The position numbers and the translations under genes were made by a program. This document shows, piece by piece, positions 18,788 through 28,597 of a stretch of DNA of 64,000 nt. The stretch is from Spirochaetes bacterium ADurb.Bin218 (GTDB lineage: Bacteria > Spirochaetota > UBA4802 > UBA5550), in assembly GCA_002069965.1 (NCBI GenBank), contig MWCI01000006.1, positions 888 through 64,887 on the forward strand, given 5' to 3'. The notes beneath the pieces are model-generated. The model was not told the DNA's origin, did not search any database, and was given only the letters and a program-made list of their open reading frames with translations. Within the stretch, counting starts at the first letter, position 1; every line of letters begins with the position of its first letter.

Positions 18788-18837
18788 AATTACTGTCAGT
18801 AATTTATTTACTTATAGTAAGTTTTTTACTATAAGTA
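18788..18837. promoter_or_regulatory. two palindromes immediately upstream of tetR (candidate autoregulatory operators)
   Basis: ATTACTG-t-CAGTAAT at 18788..18802. TTACTTATAGTAA-gtttt-TTACTATAAGTAA at 18807..18837 (13-bp arms). Confidence 0.45.
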
Positions 18838-18889
18838 AAAATAGTCAAGAATTATCAAAAAATTTTTTAAAAAATTTCATCAATTTAAT

Positions 18890-19009
18890 TCAGTATTTAT
18901 TCCTTAACTTCTTTTAAAATAAAAATACTTTATTATCCCTGCTGCTTTTGGCTGAGGGGATAATAGTTCTGTCATTTTATAAAAAAAATTACATTTAGGA
19001 ATAATTACT
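18890..19009 (+). repeat. MITE-like dispersed element, copy C
   Basis: CAGTATTTATTCCTTAACTTCTTTTAAAATAAAAATACTTTATTATCCC...GGCTGAGGGGATAAT...TTACATTTAGGAATAATTACTA. Confidence 0.6.
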
Positions 19010-19033
19010 AAAAATATTTTTAGTATAAGAACC

Positions 19034-20905
19034 TTACCTTAGAGATGAGAAGGAAATGAAAAAGGATACACCTTCATTTAGAGATAGTATATACTTTCCC
19101 CTTAGCTGTTTTATAAAGGCATCAATAAGTTGAAAACCAAGATTGCCTTTATCAGGGAATGAAACTCCATCGGGGAAACCAATACCATTATCACTGAAGC
19201 TAAGCATGTATTGTTGATTTGCAGTGGAGTAAAAAAGTGCGATATGAATCTCTCCACTTCTATCCAGGGGAAAGGCATGCTTAAGAGAGTTGGTAAAGAG
19301 CTCATTTATAAGTTGAGCAAGGGGAATTGCTGTGGTGATGTTAAATGATATATCAGAGATCTCAAGAGTAACTTTTATTTTTGTCTTATCGATTTTATAT
19401 GAAGAGAGCAATATTGGCACAAGGGAATGGATGTAGTTATTAAAATTTATTGAAGAGAAGTTTTCTGAATTGTAAAGTTTTTCCTGAATAAGAGCCATTA
19501 TCCTCACTCGATTTTGGCAGTCATTGAGAACGCTTCTGGCTAGATCATCACTTTGTCTTGCAGATTGAAGACTTATGAGGCTTGTTATAATCTGCATATT
19601 GTTTTTTACTCTATGGTGGACCTCTTTGATTAGATGTTCTTTTTCAATAATTGTTTGTCTGAGGCTTATCTCATTATTTCTTCTTTCAATTGCCATTGCC
19701 ACACTTTGCACAAGACCGCGGAGAAAGTTAAGTATATCCTCATTAAAAAATTCTTTTTCTCTGCTAAAACAGATAAAAAAGCCAGGTGTATCTCCTCCAA
19801 CAAAAAAGGGCAGAACTGCTTGAGCTTTATAGATTCCTTTTCTTAGACAAAAGCAATTCTCGGAATAATTATCATTGTTTTCTATTGATGAGTAATATCC
19901 CTTATTTTTTTTATCATCTAAGATTAAAGATGGATTTTCTATTCCAAAGCATGGATAATAAATATCCCCAGAAGATAAAATTTTGTTAATCAAAGGGCAG
20001 CCTTTTTCTATTTCATTTGTAAGTGACTCATCATCTGCTTTGCACTCATAGAGAGAAAACCCCTTAGGACCTTTTATAAAAATAAGAAGCAAATCTATGC
20101 CTGTATGCAATTTCACTAAATTTAAAATCTCTTTTATTACAGAAGGTTCTCCTCCGTGAATATTCAATAGCTCAAGAACATTAATAATCAGGGATTGGCG
20201 TTCGTTGAATGTATTTTTTACTTTTTCTGACTCTCTGAAGGATGTCATATCCCACATGGTCACTATTGTATTTTCTATTTTTTCTTCACTTAAAACAGGA
20301 TAGAAGTTAACCTCAAAAAATCTAAGACCTTCAGATGTTGTAATTGCCAGGGGCAGTGAATTATTTTCCCCTGTGAAGGAACTAAAGAGAGCATCAAAAA
20401 ACATCTTGGAATCAGAAGTCTCTGCTATTATATCTTTGAAGAAATATGCACTTGAGGCAGAGGGGAAAAATTCCTTGAACTTGAGGTTGCTCAGGATTAT
20501 ATTAAAGGAAGAGTCAACAATTGCCACTGGCTCTTTTATTGAGGCTAAAATGTCACGATATTTTATTAGCGTGTGAGTTTTCTTTAGTCGAATTCTATGG
20601 TAGGCAACTACAAATCCAATGGCTAAAAACATAGTGGATCGAATTAAATTCTGGAAAACAAAATTTTTACCGCCAATAAAAAAATCCGGGACTATTAAAG
20701 CAGCACATAGAGGGATAGCAACAAATAAAAACTTATAATTCCACCATAAAGCAGATAGAATGATCGGCACATAAAAAAAATGTGTATAAACCACACTCTG
20801 TTGAGAGAGCTTAAAATAATAGAGAAGAAAAGCGCAAACAATCAGAGTAAAAATAATTATTGTTAGCTTTAATTTTTTCATTTTATGCCAGATTTTTTCT
20901 GGCAT
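19034..20905 (-). CDS. membrane sensor histidine kinase (HisKA_2-type) with PAS/GAF-like sensor region
   Basis: N-terminal TM helices. HisKA_2 signature HHRVKNNMQIITSLISLQ. HATPase_c GEIHIALF...FSDNGIGFP. Confidence 0.75.
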   Translation of the reverse strand: MPEKIWHKMKKLKLTIIIFTLIVCAFLLYYFKLSQQSVVYTHFFYVPIILSALWWNYKFLFVAIPLCAALIVPDFFIGGKNFVFQNLIRSTMFLAIGFVVAYHRIRLKKTHTLIKYRDILASIKEPVAIVDSSFNIILSNLKFKEFFPSASSAYFFKDIIAETSDSKMFFDALFSSFTGENNSLPLAITTSEGLRFFEVNFYPVLSEEKIENTIVTMWDMTSFRESEKVKNTFNERQSLIINVLELLNIHGGEPSVIKEILNLVKLHTGIDLLLIFIKGPKGFSLYECKADDESLTNEIEKGCPLINKILSSGDIYYPCFGIENPSLILDDKKNKGYYSSIENNDNYSENCFCLRKGIYKAQAVLPFFVGGDTPGFFICFSREKEFFNEDILNFLRGLVQSVAMAIERRNNEISLRQTIIEKEHLIKEVHHRVKNNMQIITSLISLQSARQSDDLARSVLNDCQNRVRIMALIQEKLYNSENFSSINFNNYIHSLVPILLSSYKIDKTKIKVTLEISDISFNITTAIPLAQLINELFTNSLKHAFPLDRSGEIHIALFYSTANQQYMLSFSDNGIGFPDGVSFPDKGNLGFQLIDAFIKQLRGKYILSLNEGVSFFISFSSLR

Positions 20906-20944
20906 AAAAAATTTTCTATGTCAATAAAATTATCTTTCTGCTAC

Positions 20945-21211
20945 TTAGAAAAATGCAACTGCGACATTGGTTTTATTCTCCAGAAGCTTTTTGGTTTCCT
21001 CTGGAATTCCTTTATATATAACCTTTTTGTTATCCAGCATCGCAAATCTTTGAGCAATGCAAATTGTTTTAATAAGCCCTGGCTCAAAGGTGTCCAGTTT
21101 GGAGAAATCAAGGACAAGATGGCTATCATTGCATCCTATGCTTCTGACTCTGCGAAAAAACTCAGCATTTGCTTCAAACTCAATTGCTTCAAAAAAATCG
21201 CCTCTTACCAT
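20945..21211 (-). CDS. STAS-domain anti-sigma-factor antagonist-like protein
   Basis: The 88-aa SpoIIAA-like fold signature LVLDFSKLDTFEPGLIKTICIAQRFAMLDNKKVIYKGIPEETKKLLE. Confidence 0.7.
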   Translation of the reverse strand: MVRGDFFEAIEFEANAEFFRRVRSIGCNDSHLVLDFSKLDTFEPGLIKTICIAQRFAMLDNKKVIYKGIPEETKKLLENKTNVAVAFF

Positions 21212-21222
21212 ATTCCCCCCTG

Positions 21223-21603
21223 TTAATTCATTTTTTTATAATCAATTATTGTATTTGCAAGCTCATCAAAGTCATGGGACTTATCAAAAAAGTAATCAGC
21301 TCCAAACTCTCTACATTTTTCAATATAGTAGTTATCATAATAATTTGTAAGCATGGCAACTGGCACACAGGGACAGCGCCTCTTGAGATTCTTTAGTATG
21401 TCTATGCCGCTTCTTTTGTTAAGCTTAATATCAAGAACCACAAAATCAGGATTTAATCCTCCAATAATTTCCCAATCCTCATCACCTGTAAGGCCAAGAA
21501 CGCTTACACCATCAAAAGAAGAAAGCATTCTTATGAGCCTTTCTCTTATCATGGCAGAATCATCAACAATCAGTATCTTCATGTCATTTACCAAAATATC
21601 CAT
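21223..21603 (-). CDS. single-domain response regulator (CheY-like receiver)
   Basis: Receiver-domain residues in KILIVDDSAMIRERL...FVVLDIKLNKRSGIDILKNLK. The true start may be the internal Met at MKILIVDD. Confidence 0.8.
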   Translation of the reverse strand: MDILVNDMKILIVDDSAMIRERLIRMLSSFDGVSVLGLTGDEDWEIIGGLNPDFVVLDIKLNKRSGIDILKNLKRRCPCVPVAMLTNYYDNYYIEKCREFGADYFFDKSHDFDELANTIIDYKKMN

Positions 21604-21744
21604 GATAGTTTATAAACCATGGATGTAAAAAACTCAATCAGACAGAGGATATTTTTTTGCGGGATTTTATCTATTTATAATGACAGAATAAAGATGACAA
21701 AAAGGAAGTAAAACCTTACCTCTTTGTAGGATAAAAGAGGACAG

Positions 21745-22380
21745 CTATATATCAAGGAGATTGTTCTTTATTACGTAATGTGTAATTTCTGAATTATTTT
21801 TCATGTTCATTTTTTCAAGGAGTCTCTGCCTGTATGTACTTACAGTTTTTACGCTTAAAAAAAGCTCTGAGGCAATTTCTGAAACTGTTTTTCCCGAGGC
21901 TATCATACACATAACCTGAAACTCTCTGTCTGTTAGAGATTCATGGGGAAGCTGAGTCCCTCCTCCTGCAAGGGCCTCTGCAAGGGTTTCTGCAAGAGTT
22001 GGGCTTATATATTTGCCACCTGAGGCAACCTTTTTTATGGCAACAACAAGATTTTCACCTGCTGAATCCTTTGTAACGTATCCGGATGCTCCTGCCTTAA
22101 TAGTTCTTACTGCATATTGATCCTCTGAGTGCATACTTAAAACAATTATAGGGAGATTGGGCTTTATTGTCTTTATATGTTTTATAGCCTCTATTCCGCT
22201 TATGCCAGACATCTTGATATCAAGAAGCACAACGTCATAATCATTTTTCTTTACAAGCTCTATGAGGTGTTCTCCGCTTTTTGCCTCCCCTGTAACTTCC
22301 ATCTCAGGATCATCTGCAATAAGCTGTTTTAACCCAGCTCTAACTATGTCGTGATCATCTGCTATAACTATCCTTATCAT
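21745..22380 (-). CDS. NarL/LuxR-family response regulator (REC + LuxR HTH)
   Basis: MIRIVIADDHDIVRAGLKQLI...LTDREFQVMCMIASGKTVSEIASELFLSVKTVSTYRQRLLEKM. Confidence 0.9.
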   Translation of the reverse strand: MIRIVIADDHDIVRAGLKQLIADDPEMEVTGEAKSGEHLIELVKKNDYDVVLLDIKMSGISGIEAIKHIKTIKPNLPIIVLSMHSEDQYAVRTIKAGASGYVTKDSAGENLVVAIKKVASGGKYISPTLAETLAEALAGGGTQLPHESLTDREFQVMCMIASGKTVSEIASELFLSVKTVSTYRQRLLEKMNMKNNSEITHYVIKNNLLDI

Positions 22381-22389
22381 AAAATCCTT

Positions 22390-23799
22390 TTACTCTGGAA
22401 TGAGAACTCTAACAGTTGTTCCAGAGCCTCCCTCTATAAAAAAATTACCATTAAGATTTTCAACCCTTTCTTTCATGCCGATTATTCCATAGGATCCTTT
22501 AGTTTTTAGATCCTCAGGTGATATGCCTTTGCCATTATCTCTTATAGTTAGCTCTATGTAATCCTCTTTTCTCCTTAGATTTATGGAAACCTTTGTTGCA
22601 CTGGAATGCTTCATTATATTTGTAAGGCACTCCTGAAAAATTCTGAAAAGAGCTATTGATTTATCGGAAGAGAGTGATAGATGCTCGCAGTGGACGTCGA
22701 AGTCCATTCCAGTCCTTTTTGAGAATTCCTCGGCCTGCCACTCTATGGCTGCAGATAATCCCAGATCATCCAGTATGCCTGGCCTAAGCTGAGAGGAAAT
22801 CTTCCGCACGTTGCCTATTATATCGTTTATAATCCCTTCCATTGTTAAAAGCTTTGATGCTATATCACTTTCGGCAGAGGCTAATTTCTTTTTTAGCCAT
22901 GATAGATCAAGTTTTAATGCAGTGAGAGCCTGTCCCAGTACATCATGAATTTCTCGTGCAATATCGGTGCGCTCCTGCTCTCTCATCTTTTCTATGTGTG
23001 TTGTGAGCTCTTTTAATTCCTGGCGGGATCTCAGTATTTCTTGAAGATATAGCTTATGTTGAGTAATATCCCTTATTATTCCCTGATAGCCTGAGCCATT
23101 ACCAAAATCGTTTCTCTTGACAGAGATCTGAGCATTGATCACAGAACCGTTGCGACTTTTCATCTCTGCCTCAAAATTACTCACAGAGCCATATCGCAAA
23201 GCAAGATCAATCACCTTTAGATATTCTGTTTTATCAACAAAAAACTCTGAGGCAAAGCGGCCAACAATATCTTCAAAATTATATCCAAAGAGCTCAAGCA
23301 TTGCACTATTTACATCTATAATCTTAGCCTCTTCATCTGCAATAAAAATAGGGTCAAGGGATTGTTCAAAGAGTGTTCGGTATTTTAGCTCACTTCTTTT
23401 AAGCTCTTTGTCCATCTCGAATCTATGAAGAGCGATTTCAATTGATGTGTATAAATCCCTCTCGTCAATTGGCTTTACTATGTATCCATAGGGGCCTGTT
23501 TTATTTGCTCTCCCAAGGGAATTGTCATCTGTGTGTGCAGTAAGGTATATTATTGGGACTTCAAAATTTTTTCTGATGATTTCTGCTGCAGAAATTCCGT
23601 CAATTTCACCCGCAAGCATTATATCCATAAGCACAACGTCAGGGCTTTCTTTTTTAACAAATTCAATGCTATCTTCCCCAGTGTGGGTAATGCCTATAAC
23701 TTTATATCCAAGCTGGTTAAGCACCTGCTCAAGATTCAAAGCTATGACAACCTGGTCCTCAACTATAAGGATTTTTTTACCCGACGAGAGGCTCTCCAT
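22390..23799 (-). CDS. hybrid REC-PAS-histidine kinase (HisKA_3/NarX-type)
   Basis: N-terminal receiver (KILIVEDQVVIAL...VVLMDIML), PAS, HisKA_3 H-box IAREIHDVLGQALTALKL, and HATPase_c RDNGKGI...GIIGMKERV. Confidence 0.8.
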   Translation of the reverse strand: MESLSSGKKILIVEDQVVIALNLEQVLNQLGYKVIGITHTGEDSIEFVKKESPDVVLMDIMLAGEIDGISAAEIIRKNFEVPIIYLTAHTDDNSLGRANKTGPYGYIVKPIDERDLYTSIEIALHRFEMDKELKRSELKYRTLFEQSLDPIFIADEEAKIIDVNSAMLELFGYNFEDIVGRFASEFFVDKTEYLKVIDLALRYGSVSNFEAEMKSRNGSVINAQISVKRNDFGNGSGYQGIIRDITQHKLYLQEILRSRQELKELTTHIEKMREQERTDIAREIHDVLGQALTALKLDLSWLKKKLASAESDIASKLLTMEGIINDIIGNVRKISSQLRPGILDDLGLSAAIEWQAEEFSKRTGMDFDVHCEHLSLSSDKSIALFRIFQECLTNIMKHSSATKVSINLRRKEDYIELTIRDNGKGISPEDLKTKGSYGIIGMKERVENLNGNFFIEGGSGTTVRVLIPE

Positions 23800-23935
23800 T
23801 TTTTAGAACAGTTCCCCCAATCAAAAATTTTAGAAAATTTTTAGTAAACCCGGACGGATTTATTTTGAACTAAAGATTTAAAATTGTCAAGGAGTTACTT
23901 TAAAATATGGAAATTAAAATAAAAAAAGTATCCTT

Positions 23936-24502
23936 TTAGTGTTTATCTTTGCTCATCTCCAGGTATAAACGAGCAGATCCTCTCTCTGGTTTTTTTATAA
24001 GTGACATAAGGAAGAAGAAATCCATAAGAGGAATAGATAGAGGGAAAAACACAGACTCAATAAACAAAATTCTGTAAAAAGTGCTGAGAAGAGTGTCATT
24101 GAGTTTTATAATTCTCAAATCAATAAAGCGGCTATATCTTGCTGCATCATAAAAGACTGTTCCACAGGTATTTAGAGATGTTTTTGCTCCTGCAAAGGAG
24201 AGCCACAGGCTAAGTCCCCCTCCTTTTTTTAAGTCATCAGGCAATTGCTTGTTTATTGCCCATTGAAGAGCAGTAGCATATTCACGAGTTTTTTCATCAA
24301 GGCCTTTATCCGCTTGCATTGCAGAAAGATGAAATCTATGATAATCAATAGCAGCCGATAAAATTTTTCTCCACCAGATTCTGCGAAATCTTCCATAAAA
24401 ATATAGAATTCCAAAAGCTGCAATCCAGAGAAAAATTTCTGAAAAGAGAGTTACCACATTCAAAATTGAAATATAAATATTTTGAAAATTACTTGCCAGC
24501 AT
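23936..24502 (-). CDS. hypothetical membrane protein
   Basis: The ORF carries hydrophobic segments. No recognisable domain. Confidence 0.4.
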   Translation of the reverse strand: MLASNFQNIYISILNVVTLFSEIFLWIAAFGILYFYGRFRRIWWRKILSAAIDYHRFHLSAMQADKGLDEKTREYATALQWAINKQLPDDLKKGGGLSLWLSFAGAKTSLNTCGTVFYDAARYSRFIDLRIIKLNDTLLSTFYRILFIESVFFPLSIPLMDFFFLMSLIKKPERGSARLYLEMSKDKH

Positions 24503-25172
24503 TTTTTAGTCTTTCCAAAACCTTTCCAAGTCTTTCCATTGATTTTTGAACAGAAGAGTTCTGTGAATATAAATTCATTTTAAAAAAAGCGTTATTTAGT
24601 GAAGGTTCCAGAGCCTTGAGAGTTTCTGCTTCATATTTTAATTCATCAGGGGGAGAGGAGTAAAAATTTTTTAATTCGGGATATTTTTTGTTAACCCTTT
24701 CCATCTCTGGTAAGAGATTTTCTATATCAGTTGAAAAGGTATCAATAGTTGCGGCTATAATAGAAGCTTCTTCTGTTGACTCTATTGAAAATATAAAATT
24801 TTCATAAATCTTTATAAGGCTGTTCAATACCTTTTTGGCATCTCCATAGCGCAAAGAAGAGTTATCATTATCAAAAAAAAACACAGGTGAATTTTCCAGA
24901 TTGCTTAAATTTCCTTTATCATCTATAGCCTTTGCCCTTATGTATTTTTCACATATCTCCACAACTGTAAACTTTAGAAGTGATTTTTCATATTTAACAG
25001 ATACAATAGAATTTTTTGATATAATGAGAGATGGATTTTCAACATTTGAATAAATCATAATCTCTCCCCTGCCATTGGCAAAAATAACATTGCCAATCTG
25101 CCTTGGTTCAGAGCTTGCAAAGAGAGAATTAGCAAAAAGCAATATAATTAAAATCGCAGAAGATGCTTTCAT
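24489..25172 (-). CDS. hypothetical secreted protein
   Basis: N-terminal signal peptide MKASSAILIILLFANSLFASS. No recognisable domain. Confidence 0.4.
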   Translation of the reverse strand: MKASSAILIILLFANSLFASSEPRQIGNVIFANGRGEIMIYSNVENPSLIISKNSIVSVKYEKSLLKFTVVEICEKYIRAKAIDDKGNLSNLENSPVFFFDNDNSSLRYGDAKKVLNSLIKIYENFIFSIESTEEASIIAATIDTFSTDIENLLPEMERVNKKYPELKNFYSSPPDELKYEAETLKALEPSLNNAFFKMNLYSQNSSVQKSMERLGKVLERLKNAGK

Positions 25173-25240
25173 ATTTTACCAGCCACAGCAGATACATATT
25201 TATGTTTTCCATATTTTACGTCAATCCCATTTAAAGCTTT

Positions 25241-26365
25241 TTATTTTACAATATATTCTTTATTAAAATCCTCAGGGGAGATCCATATACTGCTTTTTTT
25301 TAAAGATACCTGAATGCTCTTTCCTGTAAAAAGCTCAAGCCTTCTGTATACAAGATTTGATAGTTCTATTTCCAGTTCAATCTCTTCTCTGTCATCAATA
25401 AAGAATATGGTATGAGTTGCAGTTTTTTCTGTAATAGATTTTACCTTTCCCTTTAATATATTTGGTTCAAGCAGAGGCTTAAGAGGTTCCCCATCCCTTA
25501 AAATCATCACCTCTTCTGCTCTAATGCCAAAAAATACAGCAGTAGAAGGAGATGGACTGGGCCTGTGTTCATGAAGTGTTGCAACAAAGCAATAGTTCTT
25601 ATAACTTATTGTAACCTGATGATTTTCATGATCAACAGATACAACCTTTCCATTAAAAATATTTCCCATGCCTGTAAAGAGTGCAACATTGAGTGTTCTT
25701 GGAAAAAAGTAAAGGGCGTTTTTTTTGCTCGTTTGTTCTATCTGGCCATTGAATATGAGAGATATAACATCTCCAAGAATAAAGGCCTCTTCTTGATCGT
25801 GAGTTACATGGAGAAAGGTTATGTTTGTTTCTCTATGTAGTTGTAGAAGAGTGGATACTATTTTTTTTCTAAGAGGCATGTCAAGGCTGGAGAGTGGCTC
25901 ATCAAGTAAAACTATATCTGGCTTGAGAAGCATTGCCCTTGCAATGGCAACTTTTTGCTTTTCACCACCACTTAAGTGAACTACTCTATTATTCAATAGA
26001 TATTCTATCTCAAGAATATTTATAAGGTATTCAAAGAATTCTTTTACCTTTTCAAAGGGTATTTTGTGAATATTTGCAGCAAAGAGAATATTTTCCCTTA
26101 CAGTTAAATTTGGAAACAAAAAGGAGTTCTGTGGTATAAAGCCAATGGCTCTTTCTTCTGGAGATAGCTCTGTCACATCAATGCCTCGGAGCAAAATCTT
26201 ACCTGATGAGATTTTATAAAAGCCCGCAATTGTTTGTAGTATAACGCTTTTACCTGCACCTGAGGGTCCAAGCAATATATAATATTCGCCTGGTCTGACA
26301 TTCATGAAAAAGTTATTCACTTTGAAATTGCCAAGTTTAAGAGATATATCTTGAAGTTTTATCAC
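25241..26365 (-). CDS. molybdate/tungstate ABC transporter ATP-binding protein (ModC/WtpC-like, with C-terminal TOBE domain)
   Basis: Walker A GPSGAGKS, ABC signature LSGGEKQKVAIARA, Walker B LLDEP. The C-terminal domain is about 130 aa and TOBE-like. Confidence 0.8.
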   Translation of the reverse strand: MIKLQDISLKLGNFKVNNFFMNVRPGEYYILLGPSGAGKSVILQTIAGFYKISSGKILLRGIDVTELSPEERAIGFIPQNSFLFPNLTVRENILFAANIHKIPFEKVKEFFEYLINILEIEYLLNNRVVHLSGGEKQKVAIARAMLLKPDIVLLDEPLSSLDMPLRKKIVSTLLQLHRETNITFLHVTHDQEEAFILGDVISLIFNGQIEQTSKKNALYFFPRTLNVALFTGMGNIFNGKVVSVDHENHQVTISYKNYCFVATLHEHRPSPSPSTAVFFGIRAEEVMILRDGEPLKPLLEPNILKGKVKSITEKTATHTIFFIDDREEIELEIELSNLVYRRLELFTGKSIQVSLKKSSIWISPEDFNKEYIVK

Positions 26366-27156
26366 AAGAAATAGCTCCTTCGGGAAAAATATTTTATGGT
26401 CAGCAGGGAAGCTACGGAAACCATTAAAAGCACTCCTGTAAAGATAAGTGCTCTGTCTACATCTGCAGAGGCAAAGCTCAAAAAAATGGATATAGGAATA
26501 GTTTCTGTAAGCCCAGGCATAGCTCCTGCAAGCATAATAGTTGCGCCAAACTCACCTATACATCTTGCCCATACAATAACAATAGAGGAGATGAGCCCAT
26601 TTTGAACCATAGGCAAAGTGACTTTGAAAAAAGCCTGAGACCTTGTACATCCAAGAATCCTTGCCATCTTTTCGTAAAAGGGATCTACTGAATCAAAGGC
26701 AGATTTAAGAAGCCTTATGGCTATAGATGTTACAATGGAAAATTGAGCAACAATGACACCTAAAAAAGAAAAGGCTACATCAATGCCAACTTTCTTCAAA
26801 AGCAAACCGGAGCTGCCGGAGAAAAATATAAGCAAAAGAGAGCCAAGAGCCACAGGGGATAAAAAAATCGGAATATCTATTATTGTATCTATAAATATGG
26901 AAAATTTGCTCCTATTTCTTGATAGGGAATAGGCACAGGGGATAGCTATGCTTATGGAAAGAAGAGATGCAATGGAGGAAGAGATAAGGCTTAGCCTTAG
27001 AGGTTTTAAGACCTCAGATGAAAAAAGCAATTCAAAAAAATTGCATGGTTTACAAAATATGTAAGCATTAACCACAAGAAGGCAATAGTATAAGGCAACA
27101 AAATATAAAAGTCCCTTTGACAAGGATAGTTGTTTTAGTCTATTTCCAGATTTCAT
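26362..27156 (-). CDS. ABC transporter permease (ModB/WtpB-like)
   Basis: Six-TM permease with an EAA-like loop, translationally coupled to the ATPase. Confidence 0.75.
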   Translation of the reverse strand: MKSGNRLKQLSLSKGLLYFVALYYCLLVVNAYIFCKPCNFFELLFSSEVLKPLRLSLISSSIASLLSISIAIPCAYSLSRNRSKFSIFIDTIIDIPIFLSPVALGSLLLIFFSGSSGLLLKKVGIDVAFSFLGVIVAQFSIVTSIAIRLLKSAFDSVDPFYEKMARILGCTRSQAFFKVTLPMVQNGLISSIVIVWARCIGEFGATIMLAGAMPGLTETIPISIFLSFASADVDRALIFTGVLLMVSVASLLTIKYFSRRSYFL

Positions 27157-27967
27157 TTATTTTGTAGTTTCCCCCAATAGAGATATTGCCATAGATGTTC
27201 TTTAATTCACCAGGTTCGGTTATATAGCCATATTTTTTATAGATCTCTTTCCCTTTTGCTGAAGATATAAAATTAAGGAACCTTATAGCATCTTCGGGAT
27301 TTGAACTGTAATTTGACAATGCAACAGGAATGTAGGCAGCTCTTTTTAAAAAGGCGCTATCAATTTTAATTGACTGTGAAGAATCAGGATTCCATTTTTC
27401 AAATACATCCCAACCAATTACTGCGTCAACTGCCTTCATCGATATTAAATTTGCTGTCTTTTCACAGCTTTCGCCATAGGTTTTAATTTTTTTTCGTGCT
27501 AAAGTGGCAAGTTCGGATTTTTCAAGGATTTCAGCAGCATATAGTCCAACGCATACGCTCCTTGGATCCCCAATGGCAAAAGTGACATCATCTCTTAATA
27601 GATCCTGCAAACCTTTTATATTTTTGGGATTGCTCTTTTGGACAATAATTGCAGGCACAAGGTAGGCTATAATTTTTACATCGCAAGCTTTAACAACTCC
27701 TTTGTCAATTGCAATATCCATGAAATCAGGAGAACCTGGTAGATATATATCCCCTCTTTTTGAGAGAATCATCTCAGAAAGGACAGTTCCAGAACCACCG
27801 TATATTCTCCTTACTTCAATACCTGTTTCTTTAGTAAAAAGATTGGCTATCTCATTTAATGGGGGGAGAGATGCGCTACCTGCAAAGACATCAATGCTTC
27901 TGTGAGTATTTTCTTTGCATGCAATAAAAATAATAGCAAAAATTAAAAGAGTTAGTTTTTTCTTCAT
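27140..27967 (-). CDS. periplasmic molybdate/tungstate-binding protein (ModA/WtpA-like)
   Basis: Signal peptide and type-II periplasmic binding fold. It heads a three-gene transporter operon. Confidence 0.7.
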   Translation of the reverse strand: MKKKLTLLIFAIIFIACKENTHRSIDVFAGSASLPPLNEIANLFTKETGIEVRRIYGGSGTVLSEMILSKRGDIYLPGSPDFMDIAIDKGVVKACDVKIIAYLVPAIIVQKSNPKNIKGLQDLLRDDVTFAIGDPRSVCVGLYAAEILEKSELATLARKKIKTYGESCEKTANLISMKAVDAVIGWDVFEKWNPDSSQSIKIDSAFLKRAAYIPVALSNYSSNPEDAIRFLNFISSAKGKEIYKKYGYITEPGELKNIYGNISIGGNYKINEIWK

Positions 27968-27980
27968 ATTCCCTCACATA

Positions 27981-28553
27981 TCACAGATAGAGATTTAAGC
28001 CATCGCAGATCAAACATTTCCCATTATCTCTTTCTCTAACAGGATATGCCTCTCCGCATTGACTGCATAGAGAAATTTTGCTACCCTTTTTTTTACCTAT
28101 AAAGTCTGGAGATACTTTAACTTCTTTTATATCAAGGATAGAAGCCCCTGCTGCAATTATCTCTCTAAAAAGAAGATCTTTATCCTGCTCCTGCTTTTTT
28201 TTAAGCTTTAAAAACCAGTTTTTTATCTCTGGAAAGTTTTCAAGCTTAGAAGCAGAGAGGTTGACTCTTACTCCATTGCCATTGTATTTATCAAAAACAG
28301 TTAAGGCAAATCGACCTGCATTTATTACCTTTAGCCATCCATTACCAAAGGTGCATGGCGTAAGCAACTGAATAGCATCTGGAAGACATGTCGCTGTCTC
28401 ACATATACAGTCGTAAAATTCGCACTCTGGTTTGTTTTTTAATGCAAGATCAACCATGAATCCCCCAATGAGAAGCCCTGGGGCACTGGAGCCATGGAAG
28501 TCCTCAATCATTTTCATATATTGTTCAATGGTATAAGAGCAGATAGTCGTCAT
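27981..28553 (-). CDS. FmdE/FwdE-family protein with C-terminal zinc ribbon
   Basis: SSAPGLLIGGFMVDLA FmdE core. The C-terminus carries CSQCGEAYPVRERDNGKCLICDG. Confidence 0.7.
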   Translation of the reverse strand: MTTICSYTIEQYMKMIEDFHGSSAPGLLIGGFMVDLALKNKPECEFYDCICETATCLPDAIQLLTPCTFGNGWLKVINAGRFALTVFDKYNGNGVRVNLSASKLENFPEIKNWFLKLKKKQEQDKDLLFREIIAAGASILDIKEVKVSPDFIGKKKGSKISLCSQCGEAYPVRERDNGKCLICDGLNLYL

Positions 28554-28597
28554 CTTGGTCTCCTTAAAGATTTGTTTTTTTAATTTAAAAATAAATA

